A stretch of DNA of 64,000 nucleotides from Desulfobacterales bacterium (GTDB lineage: Bacteria > Desulfobacterota > Desulfobacteria > Desulfobacterales > UBA5852). The number at the start of each line of letters is the position of its first letter. The first letter of the stretch is position 1. The notes beneath the pieces are model-generated. The model searched no databases. It saw only the letters and a list, made by a program, of their open reading frames with translations, and had not been told where the DNA came from. The stretch covers positions 1,056,001 through 1,120,000 of the forward strand of contig CAXXVS010000001.1 of the NCBI GenBank assembly GCA_963674755.2, given 5' to 3'. A program made the position numbers and the translations under genes. This document shows positions 10,213 to 19,373 of the stretch, piece after piece.

Positions 10213-10767
10213 CTAAGGTTCCGTTTGAAACCCCGGCGGCGTGGTTTCGGTGATTTTGGTGCCCGAACTGTCCAGGGGGCTGGTGGCCAGGAAAGGGCCG
10301 GCCTGAATCGCCCGGGCGTCCATGATGGAGACCAGACGCTGCAAGGCACTCAGGATCATGGTCTGCTCCCAGTCCTGCAGGCTGGCAAAGCGTTCGATGA
10401 ACGCTTCCTGCATGAGGGGCGGGGCCTCTTGCAGAATATGTTTCCCTGAAGGGGTAATGCGGATCATGATGCGGCGTTTATCGCTGTCGCAGCGCTGGCG
10501 GGCCAGCAGACCGCGCTTTTCCATGCGTTCCAGAATGCCGGTTACGGTGGCCTGGCTGAGGCTGACGGCCCGGGCGATTTCTCCGGCGGTCACCTCTCCC
10601 AGGTTGTTGATTTCCTGAAGAATGACCAGTTGGGGGCCGGTCAGTCCGACGCGTTTGACCAGCTTTTTGGAATTCATGTCGATGGCCTGGATAATCTTTC
10701 GCAGGGCGATCATGACACTGTCGCTGACGGACCGCGGAGGAAGGGGCGTTGCTGAGGATTGGGCCAT
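10213..10767 (-). CDS. MarR-family regulator (EctR/CosR-like)
   Basis: ALRKIIQAID.NSK.L....GLTGPQL...SLSQATVTGIL.R.E.RG...DKRR; lies directly upstream of proV. Confidence 0.88.
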   Translation of the reverse strand: MAQSSATPLPPRSVSDSVMIALRKIIQAIDMNSKKLVKRVGLTGPQLVILQEINNLGEVTAGEIARAVSLSQATVTGILERMEKRGLLARQRCDSDKRRIMIRITPSGKHILQEAPPLMQEAFIERFASLQDWEQTMILSALQRLVSIMDARAIQAGPFLATSPLDSSGTKITETTPPGFQTEP

Positions 10768-10840
10768 ATCTATTTTGAGTCCAAAAAATTATAAGGAAAA
10801 AAATACGCAGGCTGTCGTGAGAGAATACCGGATAAAATAG

Positions 10841-10854
10841 TTTGTTATCTAAAG
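10841..10854. promoter_or_regulatory. candidate MarR operator (imperfect palindrome TTTGTTATCTAAA)
   Basis: Pseudo-palindrome in AT-rich DNA about 75 bp upstream of the MarR start. Confidence 0.4.
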
Positions 10855-11188
10855 AATACGGTCTCTGTCCGATGAGCCTGCGGCATACGAACGCATTGTA
10901 TAATATGGAATAATAAGTATTTCAAGTTCTTTTACAAGTAAAAATATATTTAGATCAGAAATGAATATGGGGCGAGTCTTTAGGGAGACAATCTGAAATC
11001 GATTTGAATTTCTTTATAAAAACAATTCGATGTCAATGGAATATATGCACAATAAATTGTGCTGTCCAAGGCTGGCGGGGGCCTTAAGGGGGGCTGATTC
11101 TGAGAAGGATGACGTCATGGAAGGGCTGGCTCACGGGGACCGCTACGGCGGGAGGGGCGGGCGAGATGGCAATGGGTGAGCCGGCCGA

Positions 11189-12064
11189 CTAGACCTGTTT
11201 TTTCACATCCACCGTGACGGAAAGGGTGTGGGCCCCGCCGCCCATGACAACCCCCTTGACCGGGGTCACATCGCCGTAGTCGCGTCCCCAGGCCACGGTA
11301 ATGTGAGCTTCACCCGGGATCAGGTTGTTGGTGGGGTCCAGGTCGATCCAACCATGGCCGGGCACGAACAGGGATACCCAGGCATGGGAAGCGTCGGCCC
11401 CGGTCAGCTTGGGTTTGCCCGGCGGTGGGGTCGTTTCCAGGTAGCCGCTGACATAGCGGGCCGCCAGCCCCAGGGATCGCAGACCGCCGATGGCCAGGTG
11501 GGCAAAATCCTGGCAAACCCCTTTGCGGTTGGTCAGCACCTGGTCCACCGATGTGTCCACCGTGGTGGCCCCCTTGTCATAGGTGAACTCGGTAAAAATG
11601 CGTGCCATCAGATCCAGGGCGCCCGCCAGAAGCGGCCGGCCGGGTGGAAAGGAGGTATGGGCGTAGTCTCTGGTGCCATCCGTCAGCTCGATCAAGGGGC
11701 TGGCAAAAACGAACTGACAGGGCTCCAGCGTTGCAGGGTCGGCATGGGCCGCCAACTGCTGAACGACGGATTCCCAAGAGGGGGTTTGCTCCGGCGCCGG
11801 TGTGGCGGGGCAAGTGGTTTCCACAAGGCTGGTGGCGGTCACCGCGAGCTCCCGGTGGGGGTGCTGGACCATGAAAATATGGACGTTGTTGCCGAAGTAG
11901 TCTGTCCGGCGGTGCAGGTATTGGGGTTGCGGCAGGATGGACAACCCGCTCTCAATCACTTTCTGGGTGCCGGTTTCCCGGGGCAGCAGATACAGCTCGT
12001 TCTGGGAAAGCGAGGCCGGTTCGGCATAACGATAAGTCGTCTTATGGCAGACACGGTATTTCAT
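11189..12064 (-). CDS. transglutaminase-like protein (Bact_transglu_N + core)
   Basis: True start MKYRVCHKTTYRY, overlapping the upstream stop as ATGA; catalytic triad motifs GVCQDFAH, SHAW and DPTN. Confidence 0.92.
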   Translation of the reverse strand: MKYRVCHKTTYRYAEPASLSQNELYLLPRETGTQKVIESGLSILPQPQYLHRRTDYFGNNVHIFMVQHPHRELAVTATSLVETTCPATPAPEQTPSWESVVQQLAAHADPATLEPCQFVFASPLIELTDGTRDYAHTSFPPGRPLLAGALDLMARIFTEFTYDKGATTVDTSVDQVLTNRKGVCQDFAHLAIGGLRSLGLAARYVSGYLETTPPPGKPKLTGADASHAWVSLFVPGHGWIDLDPTNNLIPGEAHITVAWGRDYGDVTPVKGVVMGGGAHTLSVTVDVKKQV

Positions 12065-14586
12065 GGTTGGCGACCGCCGGGGCCCATGGAAAAATGGGGC
12101 GTGGCCGGCACCCGGCTCAGGAAATGGGCGCTGATTTGCTGGGCGAATTGGATCAAGTGGGCCGCCATGCGTTCCAGGAATTCCGCCAGATCGTCGTGCG
12201 GGTCCCGATTGCCCGGGCAGGCCACGTCGGTCAGATCCAGCAGGCGCACGGCGGTCAGCATTTCCAGGGCCAGGCGTTCTTCCGGTGCGGCAAAGCGGCG
12301 GCTGCCGCGACCGGGCAGATTTTCCACGTGGGACGCCAGCTGGCTGAGCTGGAAGGCCAGAGACTTGGGATTGGTTTCGTCCGCCAGCAGCAGGTCCAGC
12401 ACCGGGGCCAGTTGAAAGGCTGTCCGGTAGCGGCTGCGATAGGTCATGATGCTGTCGGAGACTTCCAACAGGGCTTCCAGGGCGCTGCGGGATGCCGTGC
12501 AAGCCCGGGGGAGGCCGATCCGGATCAGGCGGGTCTGGTTCATGGCCCTTTCAACACGTCGCCCCATGTCCATGAAGCGCCACCCCAACCCGCGGGTCAT
12601 GCTCTCCATGGCCAGTCCGCTGAAGGCGCTGAGGGTGAAGAGGGTGTCGTCCAGCAGCTCCAGCGGATCGTCGGCCTGGGCATCGGCGAAGCTCTCCAGC
12701 CGATTGATGACGCGCCAGGAATCCAGGGAAAGCCGGTCGCGTACATTCCGGGCCGCTTCGCGCACCCGTGCCAGAACCGCCACCACGCTTTCGGGACGAT
12801 CCTGGTTGTATAAGGCTTCTTGCAACTGGGCGCTGAGTTCCCGATAGCGGGGCAAGATCTCACCTTCCCGCAGTGTTCCCGGAAGGGCGCCTTCCGCCAC
12901 AAGCAGATTCAGCAGAAAGGGCAGTTCGGGGATATCGCTCGCCCGGGTTTCGCCGGAAAGCCGGCGGAAGACGGCGCGCAGACGCCGCACCCGCCCTTCG
13001 GAACGTTCCAGATAGCGCCCCAGCCAGAGCAGATGGTCCGCCACCCGACTGGGCAGATCGCTGCCCCGGCTGAACTCGGCCACCTCATGAAGTCCGCCCA
13101 TGAGGCTGAAGGGGACGACAGGCTGGTCGGAAAGGACCCAGACATCTTTGCTCTGCTGCTGTTCCGGCAGATCCCCCGTCAGGGTTCCCACGTCCGTCGC
13201 CGTGATGGCGAGCCCGCCGGGCATTACCGCAAAGCCTTCCGCGGTTGCGCAGACAAAGACCCGCATAAGGGTAAACCGCGCTTCGGCACGGTTGGGGCCC
13301 CAGGCCGGTGCCGTGGCCGGCCGGAGCGGTTCCCGGGCTAAAAAGGCATGTGGGTTCGCCTGGATGGCGGCCCTTAGATCGGTTTCACGATCCGGAGCTC
13401 CGGAGGGGTCCATGGCCGGTTCCACCGTCAGTTGACTTATATTGGACAGGGCGTGATCCAGACCGTCCGGCGTTCCGCACCACCAGGACGGGTGGTTTTC
13501 CAGGAGCAGGTCCTCCCCGGCGAGTTGCCGGTAAAGGGCCGGCAAAAAAACGGCCAGGGCCGGTGTGTCTGCAAAGCCGCTGCCGATGGGGTTGATGACA
13601 TCGACGGATTGCTCCCGGGAAGCCTGGATGAGGCCCGCCACGCCGGCCGTGGTGCCCCGGCGCAGGGCAAAGGGATCGCTGAAGGCATCTGCGGTGTGGC
13701 GGAAAATGGCCTCCACCGGTTCCAAGCCGGCCAGTTTTTTGAGGAAAACCTTACCGTTGCGTACGGTCAGATCCTGGCCTTCCACCAGCGGGTAGCCCAG
13801 GTAGCGGGAGAGCAGGGCATGTTCGAAGTAGATCCGGCTTTCCGGTCCGGGCGTCAGCAGGACGATTCCGGGTTCCTCCCGCGGCAGGGCGGCCCGCTGG
13901 AGCGTGGCCTGGTGAAACGTCTGGAAAAAAGGGGCCAGCCGCCGGATCTGGGCTTTGTGATAGAGCTCCGGGAAGACGCGTGAAATGGCGATCCGGTTTT
14001 CGAGGGCGTAGCCCAGGCCGCAGGGGTTGGCGCCGTAGTCCCGGAGCACCCGGAACCGCCCCCGGGCATCCCGATAGAGATCGGCGGCATAGAAGGTCAG
14101 AAAGCGTTTGCCGACCGGTTGAATGCCGTGGCAGGGGCGCAAAAAGCGGGGATTGGCGAACAGTAGGGCCGGGGGGAGGTGGCCTTCCCTCAGCAAGCGC
14201 TGGGGGCCGTAGACGTCCGCCAGAATCTTCTCCATTACCCGGGCCCGCTGGAGCAGGCCGGCTTCCAGGGCCGCCCACTCCGCCGCCGTGACGAGCAGCG
14301 GCATCACATCCAGAGCCCAGGGGGTGGCGCGTCCGGCGGGATCGTCGAAGAGGTTGAAGGTGGCCCCGTCCTCGTGGCGTCGGCGCCGGACACGGTCCTG
14401 ACGGTTGGCCAGCACCTGGGGACTCATGGCTTCCAGCGCCGCGATGAGAGGTTGCCAGTGGGGCCGCGGCGTACCGGGCGACGCAAACGCTTCGCAATAG
14501 CCTTCCGGGGGACAGGCCAGCACTTCAAACAGCGAAGACGAGGACGGTTGAGAGGATGCCGGCCCGGTCGGTTCGGGAGTGATCAT
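12061..14586 (-). CDS. circularly permuted type-2 ATP-grasp fused to an alpha-E domain
   Basis: GLGYALENR, LTPG..S..YFEH.LL.RYLG..LVEG.DL, MPGGL and SKDVWV motifs, then alpha-E PSRVA..L.WLGRYLER and GRRVERA. Confidence 0.9.
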   Translation of the reverse strand: MITPEPTGPASSQPSSSSLFEVLACPPEGYCEAFASPGTPRPHWQPLIAALEAMSPQVLANRQDRVRRRRHEDGATFNLFDDPAGRATPWALDVMPLLVTAAEWAALEAGLLQRARVMEKILADVYGPQRLLREGHLPPALLFANPRFLRPCHGIQPVGKRFLTFYAADLYRDARGRFRVLRDYGANPCGLGYALENRIAISRVFPELYHKAQIRRLAPFFQTFHQATLQRAALPREEPGIVLLTPGPESRIYFEHALLSRYLGYPLVEGQDLTVRNGKVFLKKLAGLEPVEAIFRHTADAFSDPFALRRGTTAGVAGLIQASREQSVDVINPIGSGFADTPALAVFLPALYRQLAGEDLLLENHPSWWCGTPDGLDHALSNISQLTVEPAMDPSGAPDRETDLRAAIQANPHAFLAREPLRPATAPAWGPNRAEARFTLMRVFVCATAEGFAVMPGGLAITATDVGTLTGDLPEQQQSKDVWVLSDQPVVPFSLMGGLHEVAEFSRGSDLPSRVADHLLWLGRYLERSEGRVRRLRAVFRRLSGETRASDIPELPFLLNLLVAEGALPGTLREGEILPRYRELSAQLQEALYNQDRPESVVAVLARVREAARNVRDRLSLDSWRVINRLESFADAQADDPLELLDDTLFTLSAFSGLAMESMTRGLGWRFMDMGRRVERAMNQTRLIRIGLPRACTASRSALEALLEVSDSIMTYRSRYRTAFQLAPVLDLLLADETNPKSLAFQLSQLASHVENLPGRGSRRFAAPEERLALEMLTAVRLLDLTDVACPGNRDPHDDLAEFLERMAAHLIQFAQQISAHFLSRVPATPHFSMGPGGRQP

Positions 14587-14716
14587 ACCTTGAATGCCTC
14601 AGTAATCAGCCCGGGGCGGACGAGGGTTCATTCCCTGCTGATAACGACGTTACCTTGCCCCAGCGGATACCCGGCTGCCGGACGGTGGGGCCGTTCATTC
14701 GGATACAGGCGCCGGT

Positions 14717-17700
14717 TTACTTGGTTTGCCGCCGCAAATCAAGCGTATAAGGAAAGTCGCGATTGATTTCCGGTGCCGGCGGAGCGAGACGCGCGTCGGG
14801 GGTGTGGCCGCCGGCGATGAAGCGGGCATGGCGCCGCCCCTCGGCTTCGTTGGCATTGACCGGGAATATGTCATAGTTGCGCCCGCCCGGGTGGCCGACA
14901 TGGTAGGTGCAGCCGCCCACCGCCCGTCCCGACCAGGTGTCGAACAGGTCGATCACCAGCGGCGTGTGCACGCCGATGGTGGGGTGCAGACAGGTCGGTG
15001 GTTGCCAAGCCCGGTAGCGGATGCCGGCCACGAAGACCCCCTCCACGGCGGTGGGTTGCAGGGGCACCCGCCGGCCGTTGCAGGTCACGATATAGCGTCC
15101 GCCGGTCATGCCGGAAACTTTCACCTGGAGACGTTCCACCGATGAGTCCACGAAGCGCACGGTGCTCCCGCCGCCGGGCTCCTCGCCCAACACATGCCAG
15201 GGTTCGAGAGCCTGGCGCAGTTCCATTTCCATGCCCTGAAAGGTGACTTGGCCGAAAATGGGAAAGCGGAACTCGAAATGGGGATGGAAAAACGCCATGG
15301 AGACCGGGTAGCCGGCCGCATGGAGGGTCGCCAGCACATCGTCAAAATCGTCTTGCACCGGCTGGGGCAGCATGAAGCGGTCGTGCAACCGGGTACCCCA
15401 ACGGATCAGGTCCTGTCGGTAAGGGGTGCGCCAGAACCAGGCCATGCAAATCCGCAGGAGCAGTTGCTGGGCCAGGCTCATGCGGGCGTGGGGGGGCATC
15501 TCAAAGGCCCGGAACTCCAGCAGGCCCAACCGGCCGGCGGCGCTGTCCGGCGAGTAGAGCTTGTCGATGCAAAACTCGGCCCGGTGGGTGTTGCCGGTGA
15601 CGTCCACCAGCAGGTTGCGGAAGAGCCGGTCCACCAGCCAGAGCGGGCAGGGCCGGTCCGGACCGGTTTGCCGCGCCATTTCGGCAAAGGCGATTTCCAG
15701 CTCGTAGAGGCTGTCATGCCGGGCTTCGTCGATGCGCGGTTGTTGGCTGGTAGGCCCGATGAAAAGCCCCGAGAACAGAAAGGAGAGAGACGGGTGGTTG
15801 TTCCAGAAAGTAACGATGCTGCGCAGGAGGTCCGGCCGGCGCAGAAAAGGGCTGTCGGCCGGTGTGGCCCCGCCTACCACGATATGGTTGCCGCCCCCCG
15901 TACCGGTGTGGCGGCCGTCGAGCATAAACTTTTCCGTTCCCAGGCGGGTCTGGCGGGCGGTTTCGTAAAGCGTGGTGGTGACGGCGACCATTTCCCGCCA
16001 GTTGTGCATGGGCTGGATGTTGACTTCGATCACACCGGGGTCGGGGGTGATTTTGAGGCTGTTCATTCGCGGGTCGTAGGGCGGCGTATAGCCTTCGATG
16101 ACCACGGGGCAGCCGGTCTGGCGGGCCGTGGCCTCGATGGCGGCCGTGAGTTCCAGATATCCTTCCAGGGTCGCCACCGGCGGCATGAAGACGTAAAGGC
16201 GCCCTTCCCGGGGCTGCACGCAAAGGGCGGTGCGGACCACCCAGGCGGCGGATTCGCCGGGCACCGGCTCCGGGGCCTCGTAGGGGCGGGGCTGGGTGCG
16301 AACGCCTTCCCCGGTTTCGGGGGACGGAGCGCCTGCCAGGGCGGTTTGCCCGGCGTGCAGGTCCGGCAGGGGACCTCGCTCGGCCATGGGGTCCAGGGGG
16401 TGATCGTAGGGGAAATCCTTTTTCGAGACCCAGGGCAGCGATTCCAGGGGCAGGCGCAGGCCTGCGGGGGAGTCGCCGGGCAGCAGGTACATGTGTTCCC
16501 CCCGGCAGGGCCAGGGGCCGCTCTTCCAGGAGCCGTGCTGCAGGGGCAGCACATAGCCGGTCACCGCCCCCAGGCCCTGCCGGAAGGTCTCGACCATGCG
16601 GGCCCGGGCCTCGGGGTCCGTCAGGCGCGGGTCGAGCGGATCCACATTCACCGGCAGGCGCTGCTCCTTGTGAAGGTAGTACAGGATGTCCTCGTAAGCC
16701 GGGCGGATGAAGTCCCGCCGCACCCCCAGGGTATCGGCCAGAGCCTCGATGAAGACCTTGGCTTCGGTGGCCCCGAAGCCATAGTCCCGGTCCACGTCGG
16801 CAATCCAGCGGTCGTCTTCCCACACCGGCTTACCGTCCTGGCGCCAGTAGCAGCCCAGGGCCCAGCGGGGCAGGGATTCGCCGGGATACCATTTACCCTG
16901 GCCGTAGTGGAGGAGGCCGCCGGGGGCCCATTGGGCGCGCAGTTGCTTGATCAGGTGTTCGGACAGCCGGCGTTTGTCCTCCCCCAGGGCGGCGGTGTTC
17001 CACTGGTCGCCGTCCATGTCGTCGATGGAGACGAAGGTGGGCTCGCCCCCCATGGTGAGACGCACGTCGGCCGCCGCCAGTTCCCGGTCCACCTGGTCCC
17101 CCAGGGAGACGATGGCGGACCACACGTCCTCCGGATAGGGCCGGGTGGCGCGGGGGGCTTCCCACAGGCGCTGCACCTCCATATGGTGGCTGAATTCCAC
17201 TTCGCATTCGTCCACCGCGCCGGAGACGGGGGCGGCGCTCTGGGGCTCCGGGGAGCAGGCCAGGGGAATGTGCCCCTCGCCGGCAAACAGGCCCGACGTG
17301 GGGTCCAGTCCCACCCAGCCGGCCCCGGGCAGATAGACTTCGGTCCAGGCATGCAAATCGGTGAAATCAGCCTCCGGCCCGGAAGGACCGTCCAGGGATT
17401 TCACGTCCGCCGCCAGTTGGATGAGGTAGCCGGAGGCAAAGCGGGCGGCCAGGCCCAGATGACGCAGGATGTTGACCAGCAGCCAGGCCGAGTCCCGGCA
17501 GGAGCCGCTTCCCAGGGTCAGGGTCTGCTCGCAGCTCTGCACGTTGGGCTCCATGCGGATCAGGTAGCGGATGTCGCTGGTCAGCTTCTGGTTCAGCTTC
17601 ACCAGAAAGTCGATGATCTGCTCGGGAGCGCGGTCGATTTCCGCCAGATAGGCCGCGAAAGCCTTGCCCGGCGCTTCAGCGGCCAGGTAAGGGGCCAGAT

Positions 17701-18037
17701 CCGATTTCAGCTTGGGGTCGTAGGTGAAGGGAAAGGTTTCCGTCTCCGGTTCCAGAAAGAAATCGAAGGGATTGATGACGATCATATCGGCCACCAGATC
17801 GATTTCCACACGGAATTCGCGTGTTTTTTCCGGGAACACCAGGCGGCCTAAATAGTTGCTGAAGGGATCCTGCTGCCAGTTGATGAAATGGTCCCGGGGG
17901 GTCACCGTCATGGAATAGCTCAGGATGGGGGTGCGGCAATGGGGTGCCGGCCGCAGGCGGACGATCTGCGGCGAGAGGGTTACACGCCGGTCGTAGCGGT
18001 AGCTGGTTTTGTGGTTCAGGGCAATATGGATTCCCAC
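14717..18037 (-). CDS. transglutaminase fused to DUF2126 (putative amidoligase)
   Basis: GSCRDSAW, DLHAW and GLDPTSG triad motifs; TMGGEPTF, VTPDPGVIEVN-like, TGGGNH and EFRAFEMPP motifs. Confidence 0.92.
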   Translation of the reverse strand: MGIHIALNHKTSYRYDRRVTLSPQIVRLRPAPHCRTPILSYSMTVTPRDHFINWQQDPFSNYLGRLVFPEKTREFRVEIDLVADMIVINPFDFFLEPETETFPFTYDPKLKSDLAPYLAAEAPGKAFAAYLAEIDRAPEQIIDFLVKLNQKLTSDIRYLIRMEPNVQSCEQTLTLGSGSCRDSAWLLVNILRHLGLAARFASGYLIQLAADVKSLDGPSGPEADFTDLHAWTEVYLPGAGWVGLDPTSGLFAGEGHIPLACSPEPQSAAPVSGAVDECEVEFSHHMEVQRLWEAPRATRPYPEDVWSAIVSLGDQVDRELAAADVRLTMGGEPTFVSIDDMDGDQWNTAALGEDKRRLSEHLIKQLRAQWAPGGLLHYGQGKWYPGESLPRWALGCYWRQDGKPVWEDDRWIADVDRDYGFGATEAKVFIEALADTLGVRRDFIRPAYEDILYYLHKEQRLPVNVDPLDPRLTDPEARARMVETFRQGLGAVTGYVLPLQHGSWKSGPWPCRGEHMYLLPGDSPAGLRLPLESLPWVSKKDFPYDHPLDPMAERGPLPDLHAGQTALAGAPSPETGEGVRTQPRPYEAPEPVPGESAAWVVRTALCVQPREGRLYVFMPPVATLEGYLELTAAIEATARQTGCPVVIEGYTPPYDPRMNSLKITPDPGVIEVNIQPMHNWREMVAVTTTLYETARQTRLGTEKFMLDGRHTGTGGGNHIVVGGATPADSPFLRRPDLLRSIVTFWNNHPSLSFLFSGLFIGPTSQQPRIDEARHDSLYELEIAFAEMARQTGPDRPCPLWLVDRLFRNLLVDVTGNTHRAEFCIDKLYSPDSAAGRLGLLEFRAFEMPPHARMSLAQQLLLRICMAWFWRTPYRQDLIRWGTRLHDRFMLPQPVQDDFDDVLATLHAAGYPVSMAFFHPHFEFRFPIFGQVTFQGMEMELRQALEPWHVLGEEPGGGSTVRFVDSSVERLQVKVSGMTGGRYIVTCNGRRVPLQPTAVEGVFVAGIRYRAWQPPTCLHPTIGVHTPLVIDLFDTWSGRAVGGCTYHVGHPGGRNYDIFPVNANEAEGRRHARFIAGGHTPDARLAPPAPEINRDFPYTLDLRRQTK

Positions 18038-18076
18038 AGGCGGTCCTTTCTGAAAGCGGCAGCCGGCACCGTTCGG

Positions 18077-19051
18077 CTATTGTTCCTGCGTGGCGGCCTC
18101 GATCAGCGTTTGGAGGTTGAAAAAGGTGGTGCCGATGGCTTCGTCCACCTCGTTGAGACGGCTTTGCAACCCGTCCATATATTCGTGCATGCCGTGGGCG
18201 ACCACTTCATCGACATCCGTATAGGCCAGATCCGAAGCGAGCCGGCCCAGGCGTTTCTCGGCCGCGTTTTGGGCCGACCCGGGCGGTGAGCCGCTAATCC
18301 GGTGCAGGCAAATTTGCGCCTTGGCGACGCAATGGCGGATGGAGCGCGGGAACTGGCTGTCGAAAATGAGAAAATCCGCCACATTGCGGGGGGTGATGCG
18401 ATGATGGGTCTTGCGGAACATCTCAAAGGCACTGGCGGATTTCAACACGGCCATCCACTGGATATTGTCCACCGGGGTATTCACCAGATCCGCCTGGGGG
18501 AGCAGCATGAAGTACTTCACGTCCAGAATGCGGGAAGTTTTGTCCGCCCGCTCCATCATCATGCCGATGCGGGCGAAGTTCCAGGCCTCGCCATGGCTCA
18601 TGGTGGAGTCCAGTAGGCCGGTGAACAAGTGGCTGCGCATCTGGATGATTTTGAAAAAGCGGTGGGGCTCCTCCAGGGCCAGGGTAACGCTCCGGTTATC
18701 GGCCAGCTCGAGGTAGAAATTGTTCAGGTGCTCCCACATCTCCGAGGAGATGATCTCCCGGATCGAGCGGCCGTTCTCGCGGGCGGCGGCCAGGCAGGCC
18801 AGGATCGAGTTGGCGTAGGCTTTGTCGAAAGTCAGGAAGCGGATCACGGCTTCCTGGTCGTAGTCGGGATAATGCGCCTCGAACAACGCCTGGTCGCCGG
18901 TGGTCATCACCACCGGCTCCCAGTGCTTGCCCTTTTCCGAGGGCATGTCCAGCAGCAGGTTGAGGTTGACGCTGATGAAGCGGGCTACGTTTTCCGCCCG
19001 TTCGATATAGCGGCACATCCAGTAGATCGAGTTGGCCACACGGCTGAGCAT
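18077..19051 (-). CDS. alpha-E domain protein
   Basis: MLSRVA..IYWM.RYIERAEN.AR, ARENGRSIRE, ERADKTSRILDVKY and FPRS motifs. Confidence 0.92.
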   Translation of the reverse strand: MLSRVANSIYWMCRYIERAENVARFISVNLNLLLDMPSEKGKHWEPVVMTTGDQALFEAHYPDYDQEAVIRFLTFDKAYANSILACLAAARENGRSIREIISSEMWEHLNNFYLELADNRSVTLALEEPHRFFKIIQMRSHLFTGLLDSTMSHGEAWNFARIGMMMERADKTSRILDVKYFMLLPQADLVNTPVDNIQWMAVLKSASAFEMFRKTHHRITPRNVADFLIFDSQFPRSIRHCVAKAQICLHRISGSPPGSAQNAAEKRLGRLASDLAYTDVDEVVAHGMHEYMDGLQSRLNEVDEAIGTTFFNLQTLIEAATQEQ

Positions 19052-19067
19052 TTGGGTCCCTCCTTAT

Positions 19068-19214
19068 TTGACCTTTCAGAAACGGCATCTTTTGGCCCAT
19101 GCCTGCGTTCTCCCGATATTGAAATCCTCGACGTAGCCCTGCTACGCCTCCGGCTTCAATATCGCTGCGGCCTTGGCCTGAACCAAAATCTATCATTTCT
19201 GCCTGGTCAACACT
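19068..19214. repeat. intergenic palindromic (MITE/REP-like) element, family A copy 1
   Basis: GGCATCTTTTGGCCC...GCGTTCTC...CCTCGACGTAGCCCTGCTACGCC...GCGGCCTTGGCC...CCAAAATCTA, shared with copies at 36593, 45654, 48574, 51667 and 59449. Confidence 0.85.
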
Positions 19215-19373
19215 TACAGTGATATGCCTACCAAGTCTGTTTGAAAATGTTTCACTTCGGTCAAGATCACGGCGATGGATCATTCCAACCGCAGGCATAC
19301 ATTTCGTAAGTCGAGGGTTGAAATGTGAGCTCAACGCTGAAATGGGTCGAAATGGGATGTTTTGCAATTGACT

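Noticed and set aside
15194..17851. 885-aa plus-strand ORF, and similar long ORFs at 19362, 36609, 46869, 50354 and 52997
   Set aside because: Antisense shadows of well-supported genes, as expected in high-GC DNA; no recognisable motifs.
19068..19214. CRISPR array or riboswitch reading of the palindromic repeats
   Set aside because: The copies are dispersed singly with no spacers or cas genes, occur in both orientations, and often lie at 3' ends.
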